NCBI GenBank assembly: GCA_965658655.1
Contig: CBFHTA010000002.1
Span: 64,001-128,000, forward strand
DNA: 64,000 nucleotides
Origin: Candidatus Babelota bacterium
Lineage (GTDB): Bacteria; Babelota; Babeliae; Babelales; CAIQNR01
Direction of reading: 5' to 3'
Part shown: one piece after another, positions 1-9,722 of the stretch
Numbering within the stretch: the stretch's first letter is position 1
Layout: each line of letters begins with the position of its first letter
Notes under the pieces: model-generated
Database searches by the model: none
What the model was told of the DNA's origin: nothing
The model's input: only the letters and a program-made list of their open reading frames with translations
Made by a program: the position numbers and the translations under genes

Positions 1-2
1 TT

Positions 3-278
3 TGTGTTGAAAAAAGAGTGATGAAAAACGGTTCGTGGACAACAGAGGATAAACGTGAGGGTGTTGTAGGAGCACGTTGTAAGTTTCAAGTTCCTGATGT
101 CTGGCTTGATCGTTATCTTGAAAATTCATGGGCATTAAAAGCAGCAGGTGCAATTGCTGTTGAATTATATGGGGCGCAATTCTTAAAATGGGTAGAAGGG
201 TCTTCTACTGCTGTTATGGGCCTACCAATGTTTGAAGTTCGTCAATCGCTTGAAGAAATTGGATTTTTTAATTTTTAA
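3..278 (+). CDS. maf: Maf-family nucleotide pyrophosphatase, 3' part (5' end outside window)
   Basis: C-terminal Maf signature KAAGAIAVELYGAQFLKWVEGSSTAVMGLP; frame is open back to the window start. Confidence 0.85.
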   Translation, partial: CVEKRVMKNGSWTTEDKREGVVGARCKFQVPDVWLDRYLENSWALKAAGAIAVELYGAQFLKWVEGSSTAVMGLPMFEVRQSLEEIGFFNF

Positions 279-399
279 TTATCGTTAGCATTTCGATTGG
301 AACCAAAGCTCTTATTGTAGACTGTTTTATTTTTTACTAATTAATAATAAGTAGTACTATCGATGTCTTTTAAAATAAGTGAGAGTGTTGTTTTTAATT

Positions 400-900
400 T
401 CATTTCCTATCTTTAATTGGTCCTTCGAGCCAACTTGCATGGACACATGCATCGCAGGATCCAGCTATTGCTTCTAGAGGGAAAAAAGATTTTTTATTCA
501 GAGCATCTCTGTGTTTTTTTGCTGCAGTGTAGTTATGTATATAAAAGAATGGCCCATGATACTTTGGATCAATTAATTCTTTTGTATTGTTCGATGTTAT
601 AATTTCTCCTATCTCTTCAAAAGTTAAACCTGGTTTTTGGCAAACTGCCAAATATTGAGCTACTTTTGTAGTACCCATTTCCTTCATCGTCATATCTATT
701 GCGCTGTTAATATTAAACATCTCTTTGCAGTCGGCTTGTATTTGTACAAGATCGCCTTGCATTAGACCTTCAGGCAGATATTGAATGTTTCTTTTGATTT
801 TATATTTTTTGTTTTTTTCAATTATAGGTCCTGCATCGGCAGCAAAATTGTTTGTAAGGCTTACGAGTAAAAAGAGTACAAGTGTTTTTTTGTATTTCAT
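400..900 (-). CDS. Hypothetical exported protein (166 aa)
   Basis: Signal-peptide-like N-terminus MKYKKTLVLFLLVSLTNNFA; CDAC motif near the C-terminus. Confidence 0.7.
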   Translation of the reverse strand: MKYKKTLVLFLLVSLTNNFAADAGPIIEKNKKYKIKRNIQYLPEGLMQGDLVQIQADCKEMFNINSAIDMTMKEMGTTKVAQYLAVCQKPGLTFEEIGEIITSNNTKELIDPKYHGPFFYIHNYTAAKKHRDALNKKSFFPLEAIAGSCDACVHASWLEGPIKDRK

Positions 901-1120
901 GGTTTAATCTTTTTTTAATATTAAAAACTGCGAACTGTTTGTCATCATCTTTGATAGTTGCTTGAGCTCCTGTCGTAGCTTTCTCTGTTAAATTGTGGGT
1001 GTACCTCATTGATAGTAATTTTAGTACCTAACTTTAAACGTTCTATTTGAGGGTTATAGCTAAGTTTACTTGCTACCATAAGAATACAGAGTACGAGTGT
1101 TTCATTAATGCATATGTTTT

Positions 1121-1564
1121 TTAGTGGGTAATAGTTTTCTTGTTTGGTTTCCAGCACTTGAGTAATTCTTGAAATAAAATCTCTTGTGGGTTGCCTTCGG
1201 GATTATTCTCTATTTTTGAGGTTGCTTTTTCTACACTAAAATCAACAGTTGCTTTGTCGCATTCTTTGTTGTCTATATTGTCGATTGCTGGCATTAACTT
1301 TTTCTCCATGATGCGCTTCATGTTTTGTTCGCTTATGTTTTCTTGTAAAAGCGTTTCGAGTAAAGCTAAGAAGTCGACAATGCTATATTGTATGTCTTCT
1401 GTGCTTTTGAGTTCAGAGTTAACGGCTGTTTGGAGATCCTGTTTAAGTCCGTTTTCTAATGCATGACTGATAAGTTTTTTAAGTGCTTCTGATTCGTGTT
1501 CTAAAAGCCATTGAACAAGGTATAAGAGTTCGTAAGAAACAGTGAGTTGATTGTCGTTTACCAT
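1121..1564 (-). CDS. Hypothetical protein (147 aa)
   Basis: Long ORF with AAGGAG RBS upstream; helical composition. Confidence 0.75.
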   Translation of the reverse strand: MVNDNQLTVSYELLYLVQWLLEHESEALKKLISHALENGLKQDLQTAVNSELKSTEDIQYSIVDFLALLETLLQENISEQNMKRIMEKKLMPAIDNIDNKECDKATVDFSVEKATSKIENNPEGNPQEILFQELLKCWKPNKKTITH

Positions 1565-1656
1565 GATTTCTCCTTATCCCAAAAATCTTGCATATATTGC
1601 CTGTCTTTTAGCGTTACTTATTTTGCTCGCCAAAGAAAACCTTTTTTAAAAAAAGG

Positions 1657-2097
1657 TTACAATTGCTCTTCGTAGTCAACTTCCCAGTTATTTGCATCCT
1701 CTGTAGGTGAATTTATTTCTGATTCGGGAGTCTCTTTTCTGAGTTTGGCAAGACTTTGTGTTGTTAGTTTTATATCGTTTTTATGAGCGTTTTCCTGTTT
1801 GAGTAGGTCTTGTTTTGTTTCTTCAAACAAGTTGTTCATGTCTTTTTGCATCTTCTTTATTTGTCTTTGCAATTTAAGAATCATCTGAACACCCGCTAAA
1901 TTAATGCCTAGTTTATGTGTAAGATAAATTACTTCTTCAAGTTTGTTAACATCTTCTTCAGAAAAAAGTCTTGTGTTTCCTTCAGACCGTTTAGGTTGTA
2001 TTAATCCTTCACGTTCGTACAAACGAATGGTTTGCTGGTGTACAGAGAACATCTCTGCCACCGCTGATATAGAAAAAAAGGCTTTTTTGCGTTTCAT
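1657..2097 (-). CDS. hspR: MerR-family transcriptional regulator, HspR-like heat-shock repressor
   Basis: FSISAVAEMFSVHQQTIRLYEREGLIQPKRSEGNTRLFS and LGINLAGV match the HspR pattern; start reassigned to MKRKK (2097). Confidence 0.85.
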   Translation of the reverse strand: MKRKKAFFSISAVAEMFSVHQQTIRLYEREGLIQPKRSEGNTRLFSEEDVNKLEEVIYLTHKLGINLAGVQMILKLQRQIKKMQKDMNNLFEETKQDLLKQENAHKNDIKLTTQSLAKLRKETPESEINSPTEDANNWEVDYEEQL

Positions 2098-2266
2098 GTT
2101 TTTCCTTACACTTATATCTAAGTCCCGTTCCATCCTACTTATCCTTTTATGGTACATTTCTCTTTTCACAAAGTGTATCATAAAACTTTTCACAAATCAT
2201 GCTCAATATGGTAGATATAAAAGGGTTTTGAGGGTGGTTCTGTAGTAAAGAAAGGAGTAAGAAGGG

Positions 2267-2902
2267 ATGAATAGGAAGATAATTATCACATGTTTAAGCT
2301 TAACCTGCTTGTTTATAGAGGCAAAATCGGTTCGAGTTGTTACAGCTCACTTTAAAGAAGAAAAAATTAATGGACATACGTTTATGTATCGTCTGGATGT
2401 GGTTGATGGGCGTAAGAAAGAACAGTGGGCTCTTAATGGTCGGCCGATTGCTCAAGTTGATTATGACACTAAAATTTTAGAAGAAGAGATGAATGAGCGT
2501 CGTGCAGAACGGGAGCAGGAGTATCAAAAACAGATTAGATTAGCCGAACTTAGAAGCAATATGGCAAATCAAGCAGTTAAGAAACTTCTGGCCAGCACGC
2601 TCCAGGAAATCGAGCAAGGTTTAGCTCAAATTGATCGTTATGAGTTAAATCCATATTTAGTCTACAGCAAGAGTAGCTTTTACGACGAACTTGACCTCGT
2701 CACTTTCAAAGACCAAACAATTCCAGAAGTTAGGCAGGTTTTGGCCGAAAATTTTGACCATGATCAGGCAAAAGAAAAATTAAGCTTAATTCAGTCCTAT
2801 CCGCAGCGGCTTTCAAGCTTATTTGAGGCTACTGTTCAAAATGCTATCAATAGTTGTGATGACCCTAAAAAACTTAAAAACTGGCTTCAGATGCTCTCTT
2901 AA
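2267..2902 (+). CDS. Hypothetical exported protein (211 aa)
   Basis: AGGAG RBS, signal peptide, coiled-coil middle. Confidence 0.75.
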   Translation: MNRKIIITCLSLTCLFIEAKSVRVVTAHFKEEKINGHTFMYRLDVVDGRKKEQWALNGRPIAQVDYDTKILEEEMNERRAEREQEYQKQIRLAELRSNMANQAVKKLLASTLQEIEQGLAQIDRYELNPYLVYSKSSFYDELDLVTFKDQTIPEVRQVLAENFDHDQAKEKLSLIQSYPQRLSSLFEATVQNAINSCDDPKKLKNWLQMLS

Positions 2903-2995
2903 GCTCATGGCGGGTATTGCTATTTGTAATTTTTAGTGTATTCTAGGTTTTACTATTAAATGGAATATTTAGGGGGGAATGAGAGGTTTGTTATT

Positions 2996-3319
2996 ATGAA
3001 GAAAAATATTTTAGCGTTTATATTGATGGGTTTTATTGTGGGTGCTCAAATACAATGTGCAGATGCCCAATCAGGCAGTTTGTTGCGTTGGATTGTACCA
3101 ACAGTGGTCACAGCTGGTGTCGGTTACTATGTTTATAATGCATTTTTTAAGACTCAAAATGCGATCGAAGCAGATAAGCAAGAAAAGCTTACAAGGACAA
3201 AGAAGTATGTTCAAGCAAATAGGGCATCTAGAGGATTGAGTAATTCTGCAAGGCAGCTTGATGCAGTAAGAGAATTAAATGCAGCAATTAATAACAAGTT
3301 TAATAAGAATGTAGAGTAA
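2996..3319 (+). CDS. Small exported/membrane-anchored protein sharing its leader with the next gene
   Basis: GAGAGG RBS; MKKNILAFILMG signal plus TM segment WIVPTVVTAGVGYYVY. Confidence 0.75.
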   Translation: MKKNILAFILMGFIVGAQIQCADAQSGSLLRWIVPTVVTAGVGYYVYNAFFKTQNAIEADKQEKLTRTKKYVQANRASRGLSNSARQLDAVRELNAAINNKFNKNVE

Positions 3320-3338
3320 GGTAACTAGAGAGGTTATT

Positions 3339-4400
3339 ATGAAAAAATCTATCTTAAGTTTTATGCTGATGGGAGCACTTTTCGCTCCGTTTACCTTTTG
3401 TTCTGCTGCTCCAAAAAGAAGTATTACTGCTTTGGTTGTTCCTGCTCTAGTAACAGTTGGAGCGCTTTATTATGTTTGGTCTCATTGGAACAGCTCTCGT
3501 CCTGTTTTTTCTCAACCTAAAAGTTACGATTTTGCTCTTCCTGCAGCAACAAAAAAACATACAACAACTATTGATGTTATGCCTGCCTCAGAGTTAGGTG
3601 CTGTACCAGCACAACAAGCAGTGAAATTAATGCAATATTCTGTTATGCAACAAGGAGAAAACAACGATGGCGGTGCAAGTTGTGGGTATCATGCACTTAA
3701 GAATGCAATTGGTATTTTAACTAAAAATCATAATCTCTTTAATGATAGAGCATTCATTAAAAGACAGTTTAGTTTAGATCCAGGGACTTGGCGTGAATGG
3801 GTACAAGCAAAGCAGGGTGATAATGGCGAGTGGGTTCATACTGAGTTTTATGCAGATTTAATTACACGTGCATTTAATGAACGCAATATTAGATGTGGAT
3901 GGTCTATTCTTAATTCGCAAGGTCAGGCTATTAACGATGCTCATGTAGGGGAAGATATTTATGGGGTTTTCCGAATGTTAACATCAGAAGATGCTTATAA
4001 ACATGCTTTCTTTGTTAATACTGCAAGTGGTTATAATGTAGGGCAGCATGGACATTGGTTTGTGGTGATTATGGAAAAAGAAGCTCATGGACCAACAACA
4101 TATACGGTAATGGATTCTTTAGGTCATGAAAGGCACGCCGATAATACTGTTTGGACTATTATTAAAAGTATTCATCGCATTGCAAAAATTACTAGTCCAG
4201 AAGTGTTAGGAGATGAAAAACAAAAGACAAAAGTTTTGTTGCTAGATGTGGTTAATGGTTTATCTGATCAAAAGATGAATACAAACCAAAAAGAGAAATT
4301 AACAAGTATGGTTTTAGATCTTTATACAATTTTGCTTTCCCAAGGTGCAGTTGATGAAGAGATAAAAAAGGCGATGGTCAGGTTTATGGTTTTGGTCTAA
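3339..4400 (+). CDS. Exported papain-like cysteine protease, Josephin-like (putative deubiquitinase)
   Basis: Signal + TM, then QQ...SCGYHALKN (C115), AFFVN...GHWFVV (H239) and VMDSL (D259), in Josephin order. Confidence 0.7.
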   Translation: MKKSILSFMLMGALFAPFTFCSAAPKRSITALVVPALVTVGALYYVWSHWNSSRPVFSQPKSYDFALPAATKKHTTTIDVMPASELGAVPAQQAVKLMQYSVMQQGENNDGGASCGYHALKNAIGILTKNHNLFNDRAFIKRQFSLDPGTWREWVQAKQGDNGEWVHTEFYADLITRAFNERNIRCGWSILNSQGQAINDAHVGEDIYGVFRMLTSEDAYKHAFFVNTASGYNVGQHGHWFVVIMEKEAHGPTTYTVMDSLGHERHADNTVWTIIKSIHRIAKITSPEVLGDEKQKTKVLLLDVVNGLSDQKMNTNQKEKLTSMVLDLYTILLSQGAVDEEIKKAMVRFMVLV

Positions 4401-4430
4401 AAAAAGCCCCTAATTACAGGGGCTTTTTTT
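4401..4430. terminator. Bidirectional intrinsic terminator
   Basis: aaaaagcccct-aattac-aggggctttttt between convergent genes. Confidence 0.85.
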
Positions 4431-5524
4431 TATACGTTAAATTTAATGTGTAACCAATCACCATCTTGAACAATGTAATCTTGTCCTTCGGTTCTCATTT
4501 TGCCAGCTGTTTTAATAGCAGCTTCTGACTTGTGTTCAGCAAAGTCTTGATGGTTGCAAACTTCTGCACAAATAAATCCACGCTCTAGATCTGAGTGAAT
4601 TTCTCCTGCGGCTTTTCGTACAGTAATACCTTTTGGAATAGGCCATGCACGTGCTTCTTTTGGTCCAACAGTAAAAAATGTAATTAAACCAAGTTCATGG
4701 TATGTTTTTTGAATAACTGTGTCTAAACCCGAGATGGTCATACCGAGCATTTCGATCATTTCTTGGCGTTGTTCATCGTCAAGCTGCACAAGTTCATGTT
4801 CTGTTTTTGCGCATACAGGAATTACACGGTCTGAACCAAAACGCTCAACTAATGTTTTGAAATGTTTATTTTCTTTGTATGCATCTTCAGTAAAATCACT
4901 TTCAGATAAGTTTGCAACAACCAAAAACTTTTTAGTCGCAATTAACTCAGTGGTTGCTATTCCGCTTTCTAAGAGGGTGTTTCGCGCCTCTTCTACTTTG
5001 CTGTTAGTCAAAAAATGGTATAATTTTTTTAAGAGTTCAAGCTCTGCTTCGAGTGTTTTCTTTTCGGCTGGTTTGTTTTGTACCGCCTTCATTAAGCTTG
5101 GTATTTTTGCTTGACGTTTTTCGATAGATTCTAAATCTTTAAGAATTAATTCAGAAATAATAGTGTCGAAATGATCTAATGGGTCTACGGGGTCGTTGTT
5201 TTCAAAGCATCGGATAACATGCAGAATAACGTCTACTTCTCTAATGTGGCTTAAGAATTTATTTCCCAAACCTTCACCGCTTGCAGCACCTTTAACTAAT
5301 CCTGCAATATCAACAAATGATACATTTGCTGGAATGAGTTTTTTAGACTCATACACATTGGCCATTTCTGTTAATCGTGTGTCTGGCACTTCTGTGATTG
5401 CTAGGTGTGGGTCTATCGTACAAAATGGATAATTTTCTGCAGGAACCTGAGACTTGGTTAATGCATTAAAAAGGGTAGATTTTCCTACGTTTGGTAGTCC
5501 TACAAGGCCGGCTTTAATACTCAT
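4430..5524 (-). CDS. ychF: Ribosome-binding ATPase YchF
   Basis: GLVGLPNVGKST, NYPFCTIDP, DIAGLVKGAASGEGLGNKFL, TGS C-terminus ending FNV. Confidence 0.97.
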   Translation of the reverse strand: MSIKAGLVGLPNVGKSTLFNALTKSQVPAENYPFCTIDPHLAITEVPDTRLTEMANVYESKKLIPANVSFVDIAGLVKGAASGEGLGNKFLSHIREVDVILHVIRCFENNDPVDPLDHFDTIISELILKDLESIEKRQAKIPSLMKAVQNKPAEKKTLEAELELLKKLYHFLTNSKVEEARNTLLESGIATTELIATKKFLVVANLSESDFTEDAYKENKHFKTLVERFGSDRVIPVCAKTEHELVQLDDEQRQEMIEMLGMTISGLDTVIQKTYHELGLITFFTVGPKEARAWPIPKGITVRKAAGEIHSDLERGFICAEVCNHQDFAEHKSEAAIKTAGKMRTEGQDYIVQDGDWLHIKFNV

Positions 5525-6168
5525 TGTTTTCGGAGCTTTCGTGCTTTTGGATAACTTAATTACAAGATTTCAGTGTATCATAAAACTTATATTTTGCATC
5601 AAAGATATCCTTTTTCCTGTGTACTTTTCTTTTTATACGGGGTGTTTTGCCCACCCCTTATAAAAAGGGCGCAAACTTAGCAGTATGATTGGTTTAACGG
5701 GTCGATGGACTGACTTCGCCTTCGCTTTGCTTGTGGGTCATTTCACCCCGGTGCCCCTGATAAATGACTTTCTATAGTGTTCCTATATGTAAATGGAAGC
5801 CTTAATTGTAGTGGAATGACGATCTAAGATGCGAGCGTCTGTCCTTCGTAGCTTTAACGAAGCAACATGTTCGATTTTTTCACTGCAAGGGAGATCAAAC
5901 CGTCCTGGAGCTTTGTGCGTCTTGATTCCAGCAGGGTACTTGTCTACCCCGTTGGGTGATGCCCGCATAGGACTCCACTCTTTAAGCTCAGCAAAAAACA
6001 ACCGAAATTATTTTCAACAATAAAAAGCCAACAGATTTCAACCTCTTTTTAAGGTCAAAATAACAGGTTATGAGTTTTTTATTGCATTTTGTTTCCTAGA
6101 TATCGTATCCTTGTCTTTAAGCGTAAAAAAATGAAATCGGGCAGAAGCCCAAAAAAATGGAGAAAATA

Positions 6169-6792
6169 ATGAAAAAAACACTAAAAATAACATTGCTTCT
6201 GTCTCTTGCATATGCAGGATCAGCAAACGCAATGTATCATTACAATAATGATGGTTCTGGGAGCAATGGTTCTACGAGCAATCCTTTCTCTACGAGCAGT
6301 GATGATGATAATTTTGATTCATATCCTACGAGATCTACGAGCAGTGATGATAATAATTTAGATCCTATAAACGGTGGCTCTATGATGAATAGTACAGGTT
6401 CAGGTGTGCCTATTTCGCCATCTCTTAGAAGAGAACTTTCTACGATGAGTACATCTGCGGCTTATCAGCTAGGTGTAGCAAATGGTAGAAAAGCAGCAGG
6501 TGGTAGCTCAGGTGGAATGAACTCATATGGTAACTCAGGTGGAATGACCTCAGGTGGTAGCTCAGGTGGAATGACCTCAGGTGGTAGCTCAGGTGGAATG
6601 AACTCATATGGTAACTCAGGTGGAATGAACTCATATGGTAACTCAGGTGGAATGACCTCAGGTGGTAGCTCAGGTGGAATGAACTCATATGGTAACTCAG
6701 GTGGAATGACCTCAGGTGGTAGCTCAGGTGGAATGAGCTCAGGTGGTAGCTCAGGTGGAATGAGCTCAGATGATAACTTTAGTAGTTACTAA
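6169..6792 (+). CDS. Exported low-complexity Gly/Ser/Met/Asn/Tyr repeat protein
   Basis: GGAG RBS, signal peptide MKKTLKITLLLSLAYAGSANA, SGGM-x5 repeats; downstream terminator. Confidence 0.8.
   Translation: MKKTLKITLLLSLAYAGSANAMYHYNNDGSGSNGSTSNPFSTSSDDDNFDSYPTRSTSSDDNNLDPINGGSMMNSTGSGVPISPSLRRELSTMSTSAAYQLGVANGRKAAGGSSGGMNSYGNSGGMTSGGSSGGMTSGGSSGGMNSYGNSGGMNSYGNSGGMTSGGSSGGMNSYGNSGGMTSGGSSGGMSSGGSSGGMSSDDNFSSY
6499..6768 (+). repeat. In-frame 27-bp tandem repeat (9 full units plus partial flanks)
   Basis: tcaggtggaatg followed by aactcatatggtaac (A), acctcaggtggtagc (B) or agctcaggtggtagc (C); order ABBAABABC from 6508. Confidence 0.95.
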
Positions 6793-6812
6793 GTTTAGTA
6801 TCTAAGGAAATT

Positions 6813-6846
6813 AAAAAAGGCACTTTCATTTGAGAGTGCCTTTTTT
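6813..6846 (+). terminator. Intrinsic terminator
   Basis: aaaaaaggcactttca-tt-tgagagtgcctttttt. Confidence 0.85.
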
Positions 6847-6919
6847 AATTTCTAGCTTTTTTCAGATTACTTCTATTATCTTTAAAGTATCTTATTTTGA
6901 AATTAGAAGGGGTAATGGA

Positions 6920-9529
6920 ATGAAAAAATTGATTGTTTTGTTAGTGTTGTTATGTGGAACTGGTTCTTTTATGCAGGCACCAGATGCTTTCACAGATTTT
7001 ATGACTCAGGCAGGAGATCATGAAGATAGTGGAAATTCAATTAATAGTCAGTCTGATGGCGGAGAGGGAGATAAACAAGATAGCCAAGAAGAACAAATAC
7101 TTGATGATAGAGGTCATGATTCTCAATCATCCAATTCTTCTAGTCGAACAATACAAAGAACTATTTCTTGGGGTGATGATCCAGTAGAAGACCCAAACAC
7201 TGCAGGAAACAGAGGAGAAGGGGCTACGATTGATAACAATGCAAATATCCCTTCTGCAACACAGATGGCGACTGACAATGCAACAAGCGCATCACGAGGA
7301 TTATATCTAAAAGATACGCGTTTAGAAAGCGTAGATGATGAAAATAGCAATTTCTTTAGTTCCCTTTCTCCGGAAGATCAAAAGTTAATGCGAGATAATA
7401 GAGATTTAATCTCAGAACATATGATGGATAAACTTATTGATAAAAAATTATTTGGGGAGAGACCTTTAAGAGAAGGGGAAACCAGGGAATCTATTATTAA
7501 TAAATACAAAGGGCGGAAAATAACAGTTGAGGCACAGGCGCGACGTGCGGCATCTGACGATACAGGAGTAAAAAAACCAGTTGATCGTAGTCAGCGATCG
7601 TTAACTACGGAACGTGAGTTTGATCCTCAATATAGTCCTCTAGAAGTAAGCGATTCAGATAATGAAGAACAATTCAACATGCTTAATGAAAGTAGAAGTC
7701 AGACCGATGATAGCGAGAATCGTCAATTGGCGACAAGAAACACAATGCTTAATAATGATTCTCCAGATGTTTTTTTTAGGAGTCTTTCAGAAGAAGATAA
7801 AGGATTTTTGCAAGGACGCATTGATGATAATAATCAGACTTCAGCAATCAGAAAGATATTTGAAGAAGAAGGCTTGGAGGGGCGTTCTAAAAGAGATGTG
7901 TTTGATGAATATAAAGCTGATTTTGCTTCCGAAGAAGAACCTGAAAATTTGCAGCATTCAGAAGGTTTAGAAGGTGACATTAAAGAGCTCGAAGCAAAGA
8001 TAGAGAGAGGTGAGGGGTCGTATTCAGATGAACGTTATCTTAAGGAACTTAAAGATACTTTAAAGAAGAGACAGGAATCTTTAGCAAATATAATGGACGC
8101 AACAATGGAAAGCAAAGAAAGATTTTCTGGTGATTTAAACCTTACTCAACGAAGTTCAACCGAACTTGCCAATTATCGTTCAGAAGCTCTTAAAGATCAA
8201 ATTGAAAAGGCACGATCAAGACTTGCAAGAGTAGATCGTGCAGAGAAAGAAGACATTGCTAAAGCTCTTGAGCGATTGGGTGATGATGCTACTGATCAAG
8301 AAAAAGATGCCGCTATAGAAAAAGCCAAAGAAGGTTTAAGTGCCGATAGGAAAAGTCTTGAGGGCGAACTTAATGGGCTTTTAGCAAAAGATCAAACGGT
8401 GGGGCAGTATCTTACTATGAGCGATAGGGATCGAGCATTTAAGTTTCTAGATGCTGTTAGTCAAGAGGTTGACCAAAGGGAAACTTCTTTTGAACAACGG
8501 AAAGAAGGTGATCAAAAAGATCCTGCAACATTTTTTTCTAGCAGTAGGAGTATGCAGGATAGGCTGGGGAAGTATGAAAAGTTATTGACTTCAAAAAGTA
8601 TGAATGAATTAGCAGATGAAGATCCTCAATTCAAAGATAAAAGACAGGCTCTTCTAGATAGAGTTGAAAGTCAATTTGATGCTTTGAGAGATCGAGAAAA
8701 TGAGCTTCTTCCTGTTCGAGCAGATAAGATTTTGGAAGAAATTAATCGTTCAGATGAACAAGGGAAACGATCTTTTAATATTATAGAATCAGATTTAAAC
8801 ATGCTTGAAAAACGAATTGAAAAACAAAAAGAAAAGCTTGAGGAAGGTGAGGTTTCACCAGATCCAGGTAAAATGGAAAATCTTGATAAGGCTCAACAGA
8901 AAGTTCAAGAAGCATATGATAATCTTGGTAAAAAAATTATAGAAACATTTAACAAACAAGTTAATAGCTTAGACGGAGAAGTAGAGCATTATCTTGCTTT
9001 GAAAAAAGGTACTCGAACACAAGAAGAATATAATGTATTGAGCAGTGACGCAGGAAAAGTTTTTAATGAATTGGGAACTCGCATTGACAGTCTTGCCAAG
9101 CAAGAAAAAGCTTTAGGAGTTAAGGAAACTACAAAAAGAAGTTGGTGGTTTGGAAAAAAAAGAACCATCATAGATGACAGTGATGTGTCGGAAGAAGATA
9201 AGGCAAAAGTAAAAGAAATACAAGAACAGAAGGAACAACTGCAAGCGCTACAAGAACGATCAAGAGAAATGTATTCTCGGGTGGAAAATACCGATCCTAA
9301 AAATGCACGTGGTTTTAGATCTCTTAGAAAGCGTTTCCAATGGGGTTTTTTAAGTAGCGAACCTGCGCCAAAAAGATATTCGTTTGATGATTTGAGCCGG
9401 TTAGGCGATTCAGGACGAAACAAACTATCTAAAGAAAATTTGGAGCAATATTCGAACCGTATTAATCAGACTCAAGATCCTCAAGGCCAACCTAAAAAGG
9501 GTAGGTCTTTCTTTAGTAAAAAAGGCTAA
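6920..9529 (+). CDS. Large exported acidic/coiled-coil protein (869 aa), candidate effector
   Basis: Start reassigned to MKKLIVLLVLLC after AAGGGG RBS; disordered N-half, coiled-coil C-half. Confidence 0.8.
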   Translation: MKKLIVLLVLLCGTGSFMQAPDAFTDFMTQAGDHEDSGNSINSQSDGGEGDKQDSQEEQILDDRGHDSQSSNSSSRTIQRTISWGDDPVEDPNTAGNRGEGATIDNNANIPSATQMATDNATSASRGLYLKDTRLESVDDENSNFFSSLSPEDQKLMRDNRDLISEHMMDKLIDKKLFGERPLREGETRESIINKYKGRKITVEAQARRAASDDTGVKKPVDRSQRSLTTEREFDPQYSPLEVSDSDNEEQFNMLNESRSQTDDSENRQLATRNTMLNNDSPDVFFRSLSEEDKGFLQGRIDDNNQTSAIRKIFEEEGLEGRSKRDVFDEYKADFASEEEPENLQHSEGLEGDIKELEAKIERGEGSYSDERYLKELKDTLKKRQESLANIMDATMESKERFSGDLNLTQRSSTELANYRSEALKDQIEKARSRLARVDRAEKEDIAKALERLGDDATDQEKDAAIEKAKEGLSADRKSLEGELNGLLAKDQTVGQYLTMSDRDRAFKFLDAVSQEVDQRETSFEQRKEGDQKDPATFFSSSRSMQDRLGKYEKLLTSKSMNELADEDPQFKDKRQALLDRVESQFDALRDRENELLPVRADKILEEINRSDEQGKRSFNIIESDLNMLEKRIEKQKEKLEEGEVSPDPGKMENLDKAQQKVQEAYDNLGKKIIETFNKQVNSLDGEVEHYLALKKGTRTQEEYNVLSSDAGKVFNELGTRIDSLAKQEKALGVKETTKRSWWFGKKRTIIDDSDVSEEDKAKVKEIQEQKEQLQALQERSREMYSRVENTDPKNARGFRSLRKRFQWGFLSSEPAPKRYSFDDLSRLGDSGRNKLSKENLEQYSNRINQTQDPQGQPKKGRSFFSKKG

Positions 9530-9722
9530 ATCAGGGAATACGCAGCAATACGAATTAATGAATTAAATGAAAAGGTCTAAAATTTTCCTTTGAGATAGAT
9601 TTAAGGTCGGTTTCTTTGTTGAATAAGCTCAGGAAGGCTTTATTGGTCTCTAACCCTTGTTTTTACCACTCTAGATGAGCTACAATTATGTATATAATTT
9701 AGTTTAAAAAAGGTGGATGGAA

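Noticed and set aside
6440..6688. Antisense ORF with SFHLSYH repeats
   Set aside because: Shadow of the plus-strand repeat gene, which has the RBS, signal peptide and terminator
6499..6768. CRISPR-like repeat/spacer pattern
   Set aside because: The constant part is only 12 bp, the 'spacers' are three recurring 15-mers, the period is in frame within a CDS, and there are no cas genes
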